Origin: a candidate division WS6 bacterium GW2011_GWE2_33_157
Lineage (GTDB): Bacteria > Patescibacteriota > Dojkabacteria > SC72
Reading direction: 5' to 3'
NCBI GenBank assembly: GCA_000989675.1
Contig: LBOT01000001.1
Coordinates: 1-41,417 of the forward strand
Length of the DNA: 41,417 bases
Part shown: positions 28,372-36,961 of the stretch, piece after piece
Position numbering within the stretch: position 1 is the stretch's first letter
How the letters are laid out: the number at the start of each line of letters is the position of its first letter
The notes under the pieces: model-generated
Told to the model about the DNA's origin: nothing
The model's input: only the letters and a program-made list of their open reading frames with translations
Database searches by the model: none
Position numbers and translations under genes: made by a program

Positions 28372-28460
28372 GGAGAGGTGCTAGAGTGGTCGAATAGGGC
28401 ACACTCGAAATGTGCTGTTGGGGGATTCCTCAACCGTGGGTTCAAATCCCACCCTCTCCG
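28372..28460 (+). tRNA. tRNA-Ser(CGA), CCA not encoded
   Basis: GGAGAGG/CCTCTCC acceptor, GCACA-CTCGAAA-TGTGC, long variable arm, GGTTCAAATCC; G73 followed by TTT. Confidence 0.94.
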
Positions 28461-28510
28461 TTTTCCAAACTTCAAGTTTTTATTAAAGATAACCACACCT
28501 TTTGTGAGAG

Positions 28511-28519
28511 TGTGGATAA
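28511..28519 (-). promoter_or_regulatory. DnaA box outside oriC
   Basis: Perfect TGTGGATAA, with a degenerate opposed ATAACCACA at 28489-97. Confidence 0.55.
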
Positions 28520-28594
28520 GTATAAAAAGCCCGATAATACAACCTTTTTTAATATTAAATTACTATATCGAAACAGTTATCACATTATAGGTAT

Positions 28595-29173
28595 ATGTTT
28601 ACACCCCTGTTATCTCTTTCTACTTTTTTGTATTATGTACATATGGAAGATTGCCCAATTACCATTGAAACAATAAACCTTGTTCCTATGGTTCCTAAGA
28701 AAGATAAAAAAGAATCATCAAACAAGTTCAAATTTACTGAAATACTCTTAATACTCTCGGCATTGGGAGTAGTAGTATTTCTTGTATTGTTAGTAATTAA
28801 CCCAAATAAAGAAGCTGCAGAGGCTAGGAATCTTAAAAGAACAGCAGATGTTTCAATGATTCTTTCATATATTAGTTCATATGCGAATACCGTTTTTTCT
28901 ATTCCAGAAGAAATACCTCAATCAAGTGAATGTGTACAATATGGAAATGAAATATGTAAAACAGGGCCATTTAACTGTACAGATTTGGTAAATATGGGTT
29001 TCCTGTCTGAAAATAACGGAGATGCATTAGTTGTTATGCCAAACGATCCCTTATACATATCTGTTAATGGAACAGGATATTTTGTATCTAACAATGGTAA
29101 TGGGTCTGTAACAGTATGTGCTCCACATGCAGAAAGAAACAAAGAGATATCTTTTTCTAAATACATTTATTAA
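28595..29173 (+). CDS. Type IV pilin-like protein (true start likely 28643 or 28688)
   Basis: FKFTEILL-hydrophobic-INP...ARNLKRTADV; MPNDP and VTVCAPHAE. Paralogous to the pilin at 39565-39996. Confidence 0.8.
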   Translation: MFTPLLSLSTFLYYVHMEDCPITIETINLVPMVPKKDKKESSNKFKFTEILLILSALGVVVFLVLLVINPNKEAAEARNLKRTADVSMILSYISSYANTVFSIPEEIPQSSECVQYGNEICKTGPFNCTDLVNMGFLSENNGDALVVMPNDPLYISVNGTGYFVSNNGNGSVTVCAPHAERNKEISFSKYIY

Positions 29174-29182
29174 TATATATAC

Positions 29183-30139
29183 ATGAGAGAGAAATTTACA
29201 AAGAATCAAGTTAAAGAAAAAGAACTGATAATATTAACTTCCATATTCTTTTTTCTCCTTTTTGCATACCTCTCTGGCGAATTTGCCTGGATGAAAGATT
29301 TTCAGTTATTGGTTGATCTCTTTGCTGGGATATTCGCTTTCTTTATAGGGATTCTCTCATTAGTTCGCTTCTATACAAAAAGAAACTATGTTAATTACCT
29401 TCTCTTAGGGTTAGGATTTCTAACAGTTTCTTTACTGGAAGTATTTCAGTTATTACTTTCCCTTCAGGCTTTCTCAGACTTTTTTACAATGCCAAGCTCT
29501 GAGGTTTTTCCAAGTACAGTTGTTCTCTCAAGGGTGTTTCTTTCCTTCGTCTTTTTCTTAAGTTGGATTATGACGAAAGAAGAGTACATGGTTAGAGCTG
29601 TAAAAGAAAAGTTGGCATTTGTAGCAATTCTTTTTGCAATATCTACATTTGTCATAGTAGTCTCTACATTTTCTAACCTGTTTGTAGGCTTAGAAGCGTA
29701 TGCCTTCGCTATCGTAATGCAAACCCTAGCCTTAATGTTCTACCTTCTAACTCTAATTGGATATACAAGAAGTAGGGGTATGTATTTTAGGAATTTTGAT
29801 TTCTGGATAATATTTTCTTTAACATTTTCAATCCTCTCTCAAATATTTTTCTTACCATACTTAAACTTAGAGTATGAGTTAATGTTAAATCTTTCTACAT
29901 TAGCCAAATTCATCAGCTACACAATACTACTAATAGGGTTCCTCTCAAGTATATATGAGATGTACAAGAGTGAAGAGAAAGCACAGTTAGAATTAAAGAG
30001 AAAGAATCTGTTACTTACACTTACTAAAAGGAAGGTAGAAGAGGCATATATGATACTAAGGCAGGAAAAATGGGAATTAACAAAGGGTAAAAGTAAGAGA
30101 AAGACAGACAAAATATTTAAAGATATATTAAGGAATTAG
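29183..30139 (+). CDS. Stand-alone MASE3-like membrane sensor domain with C-terminal coiled coil
   Basis: About 8 TM segments; NYLLLGLGFLTVSLLEVFQ, LSRVFLS and STLAKFISY; ends in a charged helix with no catalytic domain. Confidence 0.6.
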   Translation: MREKFTKNQVKEKELIILTSIFFFLLFAYLSGEFAWMKDFQLLVDLFAGIFAFFIGILSLVRFYTKRNYVNYLLLGLGFLTVSLLEVFQLLLSLQAFSDFFTMPSSEVFPSTVVLSRVFLSFVFFLSWIMTKEEYMVRAVKEKLAFVAILFAISTFVIVVSTFSNLFVGLEAYAFAIVMQTLALMFYLLTLIGYTRSRGMYFRNFDFWIIFSLTFSILSQIFFLPYLNLEYELMLNLSTLAKFISYTILLIGFLSSIYEMYKSEEKAQLELKRKNLLLTLTKRKVEEAYMILRQEKWELTKGKSKRKTDKIFKDILRN

Positions 30140-30140
30140 T

Positions 30141-30869
30141 ATGTATTCTCCTAAGATAAAGAGGTATCAAAAGAAGTTTGAATATTCATATGCTTTTGGA
30201 GCATACCCTGTATTAGATTTGTTGAAATATCACTCCGAGAAGGTATACACAATACTTTTAAAAAAAGAAGGACTTGGTAGTGAAGGGGTATCTGAAATAG
30301 AGAGTATTTGTAAGGAAAAGGGTATTAATATAGAGATAAATGGGAGATTGATAGATAAAGTGGCGGTTAAGGAAAATACATATGTCGTTGCAGTATTTAA
30401 GAAATATGAAAGTAAGGTAAGTGAACAAGAGAATCACTTAGTATTAGTGAATCCTTCTAATATGGGTAATATTGGAACCATTATACGCACTATGTTAGGT
30501 TTTGGTTTTAAAGATTTAATCCTCATTAAACCAGCAGTAGATATCTTTGATCCATTGGTAATTAGATCTACAATGGGAGCTTTGTTTAGTATTAGATTTG
30601 AATATTTTGAGAATATTTCTGAGTATTTAGAGAGATTTCCTAATTACAATAAATATCCCTTTATGCTTAATGGTGCTAAAGATATTAAAGATGTTAAATT
30701 TGTAAAACCATATTCATTGATACAAGGAAATGAATCTACAGGGTTAGATGATTCATATCTAAATATTGGTCAGAGTGTATATATTCCTCATTCTAAAGAT
30801 ATAGATTCTTTAAATCTTTCAGTAGCTACTTCTATATCTCTTTGGGAAATTTTCAAAAGGGGTAGTTAA
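30141..30869 (+). CDS. TrmH/SpoU-family RNA 2'-O-methyltransferase
   Basis: NPSNMGNIGTIIRT, VIRSTMGA, GNESTGL and IDSLNLSVA SPOUT motifs. Confidence 0.93.
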   Translation: MYSPKIKRYQKKFEYSYAFGAYPVLDLLKYHSEKVYTILLKKEGLGSEGVSEIESICKEKGINIEINGRLIDKVAVKENTYVVAVFKKYESKVSEQENHLVLVNPSNMGNIGTIIRTMLGFGFKDLILIKPAVDIFDPLVIRSTMGALFSIRFEYFENISEYLERFPNYNKYPFMLNGAKDIKDVKFVKPYSLIQGNESTGLDDSYLNIGQSVYIPHSKDIDSLNLSVATSISLWEIFKRGS

Positions 30870-30962
30870 TTGGTTCCATTCTCATATCATACAGCGTTGT
30901 GTAAGCCTCACTAGTGAGTAAAACATATATAAATGGTATAATATAGCGTTCTTTAAGAATTT

Positions 30963-31374
30963 GGGGACGTAAGGCTTTCGACAGGAGTTTATAAGTGCTG
31001 TTGTCACAAATCGTTTTTTAGTTCGTAAAACTAAAACACAGATAAGTGTAGAAAACAAACTAAACGCTTTTGCAAGTAAACTAAGGGCTGCTTTTAGCAT
31101 GCCTTCTTATGCTTACAATTTTGCATAAGTTTGACTGATTAAGTTTGGTCAATGTCTATATCCTCTTTCCCTAGTTAGTGGTTATAGACAGTCGTTACTA
31201 GGGTATAGTAAGTATTTCTTGTCAGTAGGGGATATTTAGTGAATATAATTACTGAGTAAACTTAACTTTTTGTTAGATTTTTTAGTTAGGTTTAGCTATA
31301 CAAATCTAAATATATTTGGAAATGACACTGTACTTAGCTTTTGGACGTGGGTTCAACTCCCACCGTCTCCACCA
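30963..31374 (+). ncRNA. ssrA: tmRNA
   Basis: 5' GGGGACGTAAGGCTTTCGAC; 3' GGACGTGGGTTCAACTCCCACCGTCTCCACCA (G3:U70 Ala identity); internal tag ORF 31048-31128; TGGTATAAT at 30933-41. Confidence 0.95.
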
Positions 31375-31568
31375 TAGGACATAATTGATTGGTTCGACAT
31401 TCTTCATTTGGGAAATATTCAAATTCTTACTACACAAAAAGAGATTCGTTCCATTTTAAGAATTATTATCAACTTGGGGATTATTTTAACTACGCTTCAG
31501 AGTTCTAGGCAATGAGTAAAGCTTTATTAGGAAAAGAAGCTATTATTTAAAAGAGGCAAAAAGTCAGT

Positions 31569-32417
31569 ATGAAATACTCTGTAATGAAACTTCCTATAGG
31601 GGACGGTAAGATAGGGGATTACAATACTTATTACTTTACAATCAAGTCTACCCAAGATAGAATTTCAAAGGATTTTGTTTTAACAATATCGGATTCAGTA
31701 AGTGCCATTTGGGACTACCAACTGTTCTCAATAGATGAGTTTGCTCCACTTTATATTAATACTATTCTCAATCAAGATCCTGAGCGATCATCAGCAAGGT
31801 TCGATACATATAGTGAGTATTATCAATTTGATTATCCAAATGCAATAAAGCTCCTTCGGGAAACAGTGCAAGGTATTGAGGGAGGGGACTCCGAACGAAG
31901 AAAATTATATATCAAGGTGGTTAACGACCTTCTTGAATCAGTTCACAGGATAGATTCAAGATTTTCTCTGTATGATGGACAAGAGGAATTGATAACAAGA
32001 GTGAATTTTGATTTACAAGGAATAGCGTTTGCTTCGAGAGCAGATTTAATATCTTTTTCCGTTTCTTTATGGCTATTGTTCGAAACATGGACATATAAGG
32101 ACTTTAACGAAGGAAGAATTGATAAGTCAATAAGCTCTAGTGAAGAAGTGCAGACCTTAAAGGAGATTCAGAAATTTTTTAGGAAAACTTTTGAATCGAA
32201 TAAGGAAGCTTGTTCTGGGATTGATATTCTTCGTGCATTATACGATTATCGACAAAGTCGTGCACATAGAAAAAGTCGTGGATACAATACAAAAGTTCGT
32301 GAAGCTCTAGGTTTAAAAGAGGAAGAGGCAAAAAATGCCGAAGAGGTTCTTTTGGAGGCAATTACTATTTTGAACTCTGTGGCATCTGCGTTGGATGCAA
32401 TTACAGGTATTAAATAA
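31569..32417 (+). CDS. Orphan protein with C-terminal RxxxxH (HEPN-like) motif
   Basis: 282 aa; LRALYDYRQSRAH in a helical C-terminal domain; first gene downstream of tmRNA. Confidence 0.6.
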   Translation: MKYSVMKLPIGDGKIGDYNTYYFTIKSTQDRISKDFVLTISDSVSAIWDYQLFSIDEFAPLYINTILNQDPERSSARFDTYSEYYQFDYPNAIKLLRETVQGIEGGDSERRKLYIKVVNDLLESVHRIDSRFSLYDGQEELITRVNFDLQGIAFASRADLISFSVSLWLLFETWTYKDFNEGRIDKSISSSEEVQTLKEIQKFFRKTFESNKEACSGIDILRALYDYRQSRAHRKSRGYNTKVREALGLKEEEAKNAEEVLLEAITILNSVASALDAITGIK

Positions 32418-32546
32418 GTATATAGAGAGTATGTTCAATACAGAGGAATTATGTGTTTCATAGACTAGGAAAGAGGTTTAATGATTATTAAATAGTGAGG
32501 GGGTTATAGAGGATTATTCTTTATCTCTATATCTTTTGATATAATA

Positions 32547-33186
32547 ATGAAAGCTTTAAGCTCGGAGAGAACTAGGTTCAATTTCGTTCCCAGTTCTTCC
32601 ACAATTCGTATTTATTTCTTTTTTAATGATAGAGAAAAAGGTATATTAGAATTTCTGAGATAATGTAGAATATGTATATATAATTTCTCTAAATATTAAG
32701 AGATTAGCTTTTTTAGAAAGTAGTAATCCTCAAGAAAATGACAGTCCTCAATATTATGAAGATTTAGCTGAAGTTGTTCACTCTGCTGATTATATTCCCA
32801 GTGAAAATCTTCGATTAAAAAGAGGAGTAGTGGAGCAGGGTACAAACAGATATCTTTCAGCAGAGATAGAGGTAATTGGTAGCAATACGCAATATATATT
32901 TTTTAATAGAGCTGTTGATAAGGATAGATGTACACAAGTAATTGCAAAAATTGTTGAATTTGATTTATCACCAGAAGTTCTTCTATTCGTACAAAGTGAT
33001 TGTAATAATTCCGAGAGTTCTCTATTAAAAACAAACCAAGTAGTAGTAGAGAGTAAACTATTAGAAGCTGAATATATAGCATTTTTTGTAGATGGAGAGT
33101 GGTATAAACATAAAGAAAGAAATAACGGAAGAGAACTTGCAATCCCAGATATCAATACTGAAAAAGACCTTGAAGTTATTTTCTAG
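32547..33186 (+). pseudogene. Probable degraded gene for a hypothetical (possibly membrane-anchored) protein
   Basis: The frame of ORF 32830-33186 stays open back to 32659, then reads VY*NF* (TAG 32647, TGA 32656) after a hydrophobic stretch. The ATG at 32547, next to TGATATAAT, is in another frame. Confidence 0.45.
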
Positions 33187-33788
33187 ATATTAATCAAAAT
33201 TACAATCATTGTACCTAGTACCATAAATGGTACAAATGGTATTTTAAGACCTTTAAACTTTTTCTTTTTGTATGCAATTATTAAACCATAGAAGAGAGCT
33301 GAAAACACGGTAATATATGACCAATATATTATATTGTTATATCCAATTAATAACCCCACTATTATTGCAATTCTTACATCTCCCTGTCCCAGAGCTTTTT
33401 CCTTTGAAAGTAGTACCGTTAATTGAAATAGTGAACCGAGTATTAAGGTAGAAAGAAAGTTTTGATAAGGGATATATACCCAGTTATTGATCTTTATCCC
33501 TTCCTCAGAACCTAAGGCAAGAAATATGGAAAGATTAGATGCAAAGAGTAGTAACATTAAAGCCAAAGAAAGTGTACTGTGTACTTCCATTTTTTTGAAA
33601 TCAAAATATGCAAGAAATGTAAGTGCAAGAAAGATAGCAACGATTACTATATAAAAGAGAAGATTTTGAAGAGTAAAATTAGACAGGAAGAAAAATTTGA
33701 AGGTGAGGATTAAAAGGAGGATTCCTAATATTGAGAGAAACACCTTCTCTGTTATTGAACATTTAGTTTTAAATATTTGATATTTCAA
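33183..33788 (-). CDS. Prepilin peptidase (A24), without N-terminal methylase domain
   Basis: Catalytic Asp motifs AYFDFK and LGQGDVRI; IPFVPFM; last gene of the pilus operon. Confidence 0.88.
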   Translation of the reverse strand: MKYQIFKTKCSITEKVFLSILGILLLILTFKFFFLSNFTLQNLLFYIVIVAIFLALTFLAYFDFKKMEVHSTLSLALMLLLFASNLSIFLALGSEEGIKINNWVYIPYQNFLSTLILGSLFQLTVLLSKEKALGQGDVRIAIIVGLLIGYNNIIYWSYITVFSALFYGLIIAYKKKKFKGLKIPFVPFMVLGTMIVILINI

Positions 33789-34143
33789 AAGGGTTTACAT
33801 TTATATTTAATTCTTTCTTTACAACAAGCTTTATACTGTTTGAATCAGAAGCTTCAATAATGATTATTTTAAATCCAGGATTATCTATTTTATTTGCAAT
33901 ACCTATCATACAAGACCAATTGTCTTTTGATATTTCAAATGTACCAGTATATGTTGGATTCCTTTTTATTTTATACACACTTTCCTCTATACATGTCTCT
34001 GAGTTGCTTTTTAATATTTGGTAATCATAGTTCATCTTTTCTACAATTAATTCTGTCATACTTTTGTAAAGAGAATCTAATCCTGTTAGCAGAAGTAGTG
34101 GAAGTATGACTAATACGGTTGTTAATGCTACATATCCTTTCAT
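33769..34143 (-). CDS. Minor pilin, PilX-like
   Basis: KG|YVALTTVLV (no Glu5); SETCIEESV. Confidence 0.7.
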   Translation of the reverse strand: MKGYVALTTVLVILPLLLLTGLDSLYKSMTELIVEKMNYDYQILKSNSETCIEESVYKIKRNPTYTGTFEISKDNWSCMIGIANKIDNPGFKIIIIEASDSNSIKLVVKKELNINVNPFEISNI

Positions 34144-34613
34144 CTTAGTATTGATAAAAGATTAATTGTGTCCGATATATCTGCATCGTCGTTAAGATGT
34201 ATAAGAACGCTTGTCCGAATGCCTATTATCGTTTCAGTATCCTTATATATTGGATCAAGAGAGAATGTAATTACGGACATATTTGGTGGGGTAATTGGTA
34301 CGCCATCAAAATATAGTCTTGAGTTTAATACTTGATACTGTTTATTACCTTCTGTAAAGACTAATTCTAAAGTCCCTTGGTTGTTTCCGAATGTACTATT
34401 AGTACTATTAATTGAAATGGCTTTTTCAAAGGAGTAGTTAATATGTTGTACTACAAATTCTGTAGTCTGGTGTATATTCGCTCTTCTGTTTGTTCTTAAT
34501 GTAGCTTCTTGTGTAGAAAGCATAAAGTTGAGAACAATAACCATGATTATGGCAAAAAGGGCAATGTAAAGCATTGTTTCTACTAGTGTTACACCTTTTA
34601 ATCTATTTTTCAT
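34140..34613 (-). CDS. Minor pilin, PilW-like
   Basis: Class III signal KG|VTLVETMLYIALF. Confidence 0.85.
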   Translation of the reverse strand: MKNRLKGVTLVETMLYIALFAIIMVIVLNFMLSTQEATLRTNRRANIHQTTEFVVQHINYSFEKAISINSTNSTFGNNQGTLELVFTEGNKQYQVLNSRLYFDGVPITPPNMSVITFSLDPIYKDTETIIGIRTSVLIHLNDDADISDTINLLSILR

Positions 34614-36510
34614 AGTTTATAACTAATTCTTCAAGTAAAGGAGTCAGAACTGTGTCTGACCCAAAGGCAGCTTTGTATTGGATGTATCTTCCAGTAAGAG
34701 AGGTAGGGAGGTTATATACCCCTGTTTCCTGATAATATGTGTTTGAAGTTCCATCTGGTCCTATCCATGTACTTCCTGTCATAGAGGGGTCATTGCTGAC
34801 TCTCAGCTGTATTTGTAAGGATGTCCCCGTCGGAACTGATGTAGTCAGTCCTAGTATGTAGTAGGTTGATATTATAGATGTGGAATCGAATATGTCCGAG
34901 ATATACAAACCTTCTGAAAAATATCCATCTCCATCTGGTCCACCACCACCGGGTCCTCCTCTTATTATTTTTAATTCTTGAGTTGCATCTTTAGTTAAGA
35001 TATATGAATAGAGGTTAACACCCTGTCTGACAAGTGCTATAGCGTTAATCCCCGTATCTATTTGCAATCCTCCACATTGAGCTATTACTGTTTCATTTTC
35101 TATATCTAAAACGACGTACTCTTCACCTCCATATCCTCCAATTATTGCTCTGTTATCAACTGCTATTACAGATTTTACAGAGAGGAGACCTAATTCGTAT
35201 GACATTACTATTGGATAGCTACCAGTTTTCGTAGAGATATCTAGAATAAAGAATTCTTTCCCAATATTTGTTGCAGTCCCTATGTATGCCCTCGTCTTAT
35301 CTTCTGATATAAATAAAGAGGTTGAAGATTGTGTTCCTAGGTCACCTTGTCCGATTAGTTTTAATCCTGAGTTATATTCATATATTAAAAATTCATGAGT
35401 ATTGTTTGTTACTGTTAAGTATATGTAGTCGTTATCTACATACATATCTGTAACAATAGAGCTAGATGTACCTACAGGTGTTGTACTTAGCTGAGGCCTT
35501 GCCCCATTAACTGAGGAAAGATCGAATATTGTTAAGTTATTACCATGTGTAACAAATCCTTTTCCACTGAGTGCAAACACTGAAGTTGCATCTTGTTGTC
35601 CTACGCTATCAAAATATCCAACCTTTGTGTATGGTACAGATGTAATATCAATTATGACAACTTCTTCAGAGTTAGTATCTGTTGCGAGTAGGGCATTACC
35701 ATTTAAACCAAAGACATCATTTGTTTTATACCCATTGAAAGTACTTCCTACTGTAACTTGTGGAGGTTCTCCAGAAGTGGTTGCTTTCATAAAGGATATA
35801 CCAGATGCATTTTCCCCAGTTCCCATATATATGGTATCTCCACTTGTAGATATGGTAGTTGCAATACCCTGTTGTGGTAAATCAAAGGAGGAGAGGCTTA
35901 AGGATGGATTACACCAGTCTGCATACTTCATTGATTGAAGTCTTACTTCTCCACCATTTAAAATTTGAGACATTGTTTGAGTATATGACCCCCTATCAAA
36001 ATCTGTACTTGTTGTATATGTTACTGAATTGGTATTCCAATCATTAATATATATTTTAGGGTTAATAGTATGTGTTTGATTAAGCTTATCAATCCAACTT
36101 ATATTTATACTAATTAATCTCGAATGGGGGTCAAGAGAACCTCCAGTATCTACTATATTTCCACTACTATCTCTTAATACGCTCAATACAGAGAAAGAAT
36201 AGGTTAGGTTATTTCTTACTTCTTCTCCATCAAGTATTTCATACCTTCCACTTGTATAACTGATATGTTTACTTCCTTCGTTTGTATATCTTGCAACGTT
36301 ATACCAAGATTCAGATTTGAGTAGAAGAAGAGCAGAGTATATCTCTTGGGTTAGATGTGTCGCTTTGGCTCTTGTTTGGGTACTCTCAAGTGTTCTAGTT
36401 GAATCGACAACAAGTAGTACAAGCATAGAGGAGATTACTGCAAAAATCCCAATTGCCAAAACAATCTCTACCAAACTATATCCTTTTAATTTTTGTTTAA
36501 AGCTTTTCAT
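34603..36510 (-). CDS. Large minor pilin with beta-propeller-like C-terminal region (putative tip adhesin)
   Basis: KG|YSLVEIVLAIGIF; repeated EVVIIDI/LTIFDL/EFLIYE/EFFILDI/EYVVLDI blades; GRYIQYKA beta-sandwich. Confidence 0.85.
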   Translation of the reverse strand: MKSFKQKLKGYSLVEIVLAIGIFAVISSMLVLLVVDSTRTLESTQTRAKATHLTQEIYSALLLLKSESWYNVARYTNEGSKHISYTSGRYEILDGEEVRNNLTYSFSVLSVLRDSSGNIVDTGGSLDPHSRLISINISWIDKLNQTHTINPKIYINDWNTNSVTYTTSTDFDRGSYTQTMSQILNGGEVRLQSMKYADWCNPSLSLSSFDLPQQGIATTISTSGDTIYMGTGENASGISFMKATTSGEPPQVTVGSTFNGYKTNDVFGLNGNALLATDTNSEEVVIIDITSVPYTKVGYFDSVGQQDATSVFALSGKGFVTHGNNLTIFDLSSVNGARPQLSTTPVGTSSSIVTDMYVDNDYIYLTVTNNTHEFLIYEYNSGLKLIGQGDLGTQSSTSLFISEDKTRAYIGTATNIGKEFFILDISTKTGSYPIVMSYELGLLSVKSVIAVDNRAIIGGYGGEEYVVLDIENETVIAQCGGLQIDTGINAIALVRQGVNLYSYILTKDATQELKIIRGGPGGGGPDGDGYFSEGLYISDIFDSTSIISTYYILGLTTSVPTGTSLQIQLRVSNDPSMTGSTWIGPDGTSNTYYQETGVYNLPTSLTGRYIQYKAAFGSDTVLTPLLEELVINYEK

Positions 36511-36961
36511 ATCCTATTAATCCCTCCATATTTATATATACCCTAATTGAATTTCTACCATCAGTTACGACTAGAGTCCCATATGAAAGTGGTTTGAATT
36601 CACCACTTGGAAAGAATATTTCAGAACCATTCGTTAGAGATACAGAAGTAATCTGTATATTCGTAGGATATTTCTTAATATCTGTATCTGTTGCACTTGC
36701 AAGAGATTCTCCATCAAAGAGAGTGTATTGATTTGAGCCGAGAGATATTCCTCCCGCCATATTCTTTAAAGAGCTCCTTTGCTGTTGATAGCGAATATCA
36801 GTTGTTAATTGAGAGGCATAACTTTCAAGTTTAGATTCTTGAGTTTTTTGAATTGTAAGGGGAAATACTAAGGCGGAGAGCATGAGAAGAATACCCATAA
36901 CTACGAGTAGTTCAAAAAGAGAAAATCCTTGTAATTGTTTTTTATTTAGATTTTTACCCAT
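36497..36961 (-). CDS. Minor pilin, FimT/GspH-like
   Basis: QG|FSLFELLVVMGIL; LTTDIRYQQQRS. Confidence 0.85.
   Translation of the reverse strand: MGKNLNKKQLQGFSLFELLVVMGILLMLSALVFPLTIQKTQESKLESYASQLTTDIRYQQQRSSLKNMAGGISLGSNQYTLFDGESLASATDTDIKKYPTNIQITSVSLTNGSEIFFPSGEFKPLSYGTLVVTDGRNSIRVYINMEGLIGYEKL

Noticed and set aside
28378..28676. ORFs 28378-28590 and 28410-28676
   Set aside because: They overlap tRNA-Ser(CGA).
30882..31100. 72-aa minus-strand ORF
   Set aside because: Antisense to tmRNA.
31375..33186. Intact integrative element at ssrA
   Set aside because: No integrase and no duplicated tmRNA 3' end (att) were seen. The reverse-frame peptide running into ssrA is closed by a stop after a few codons.
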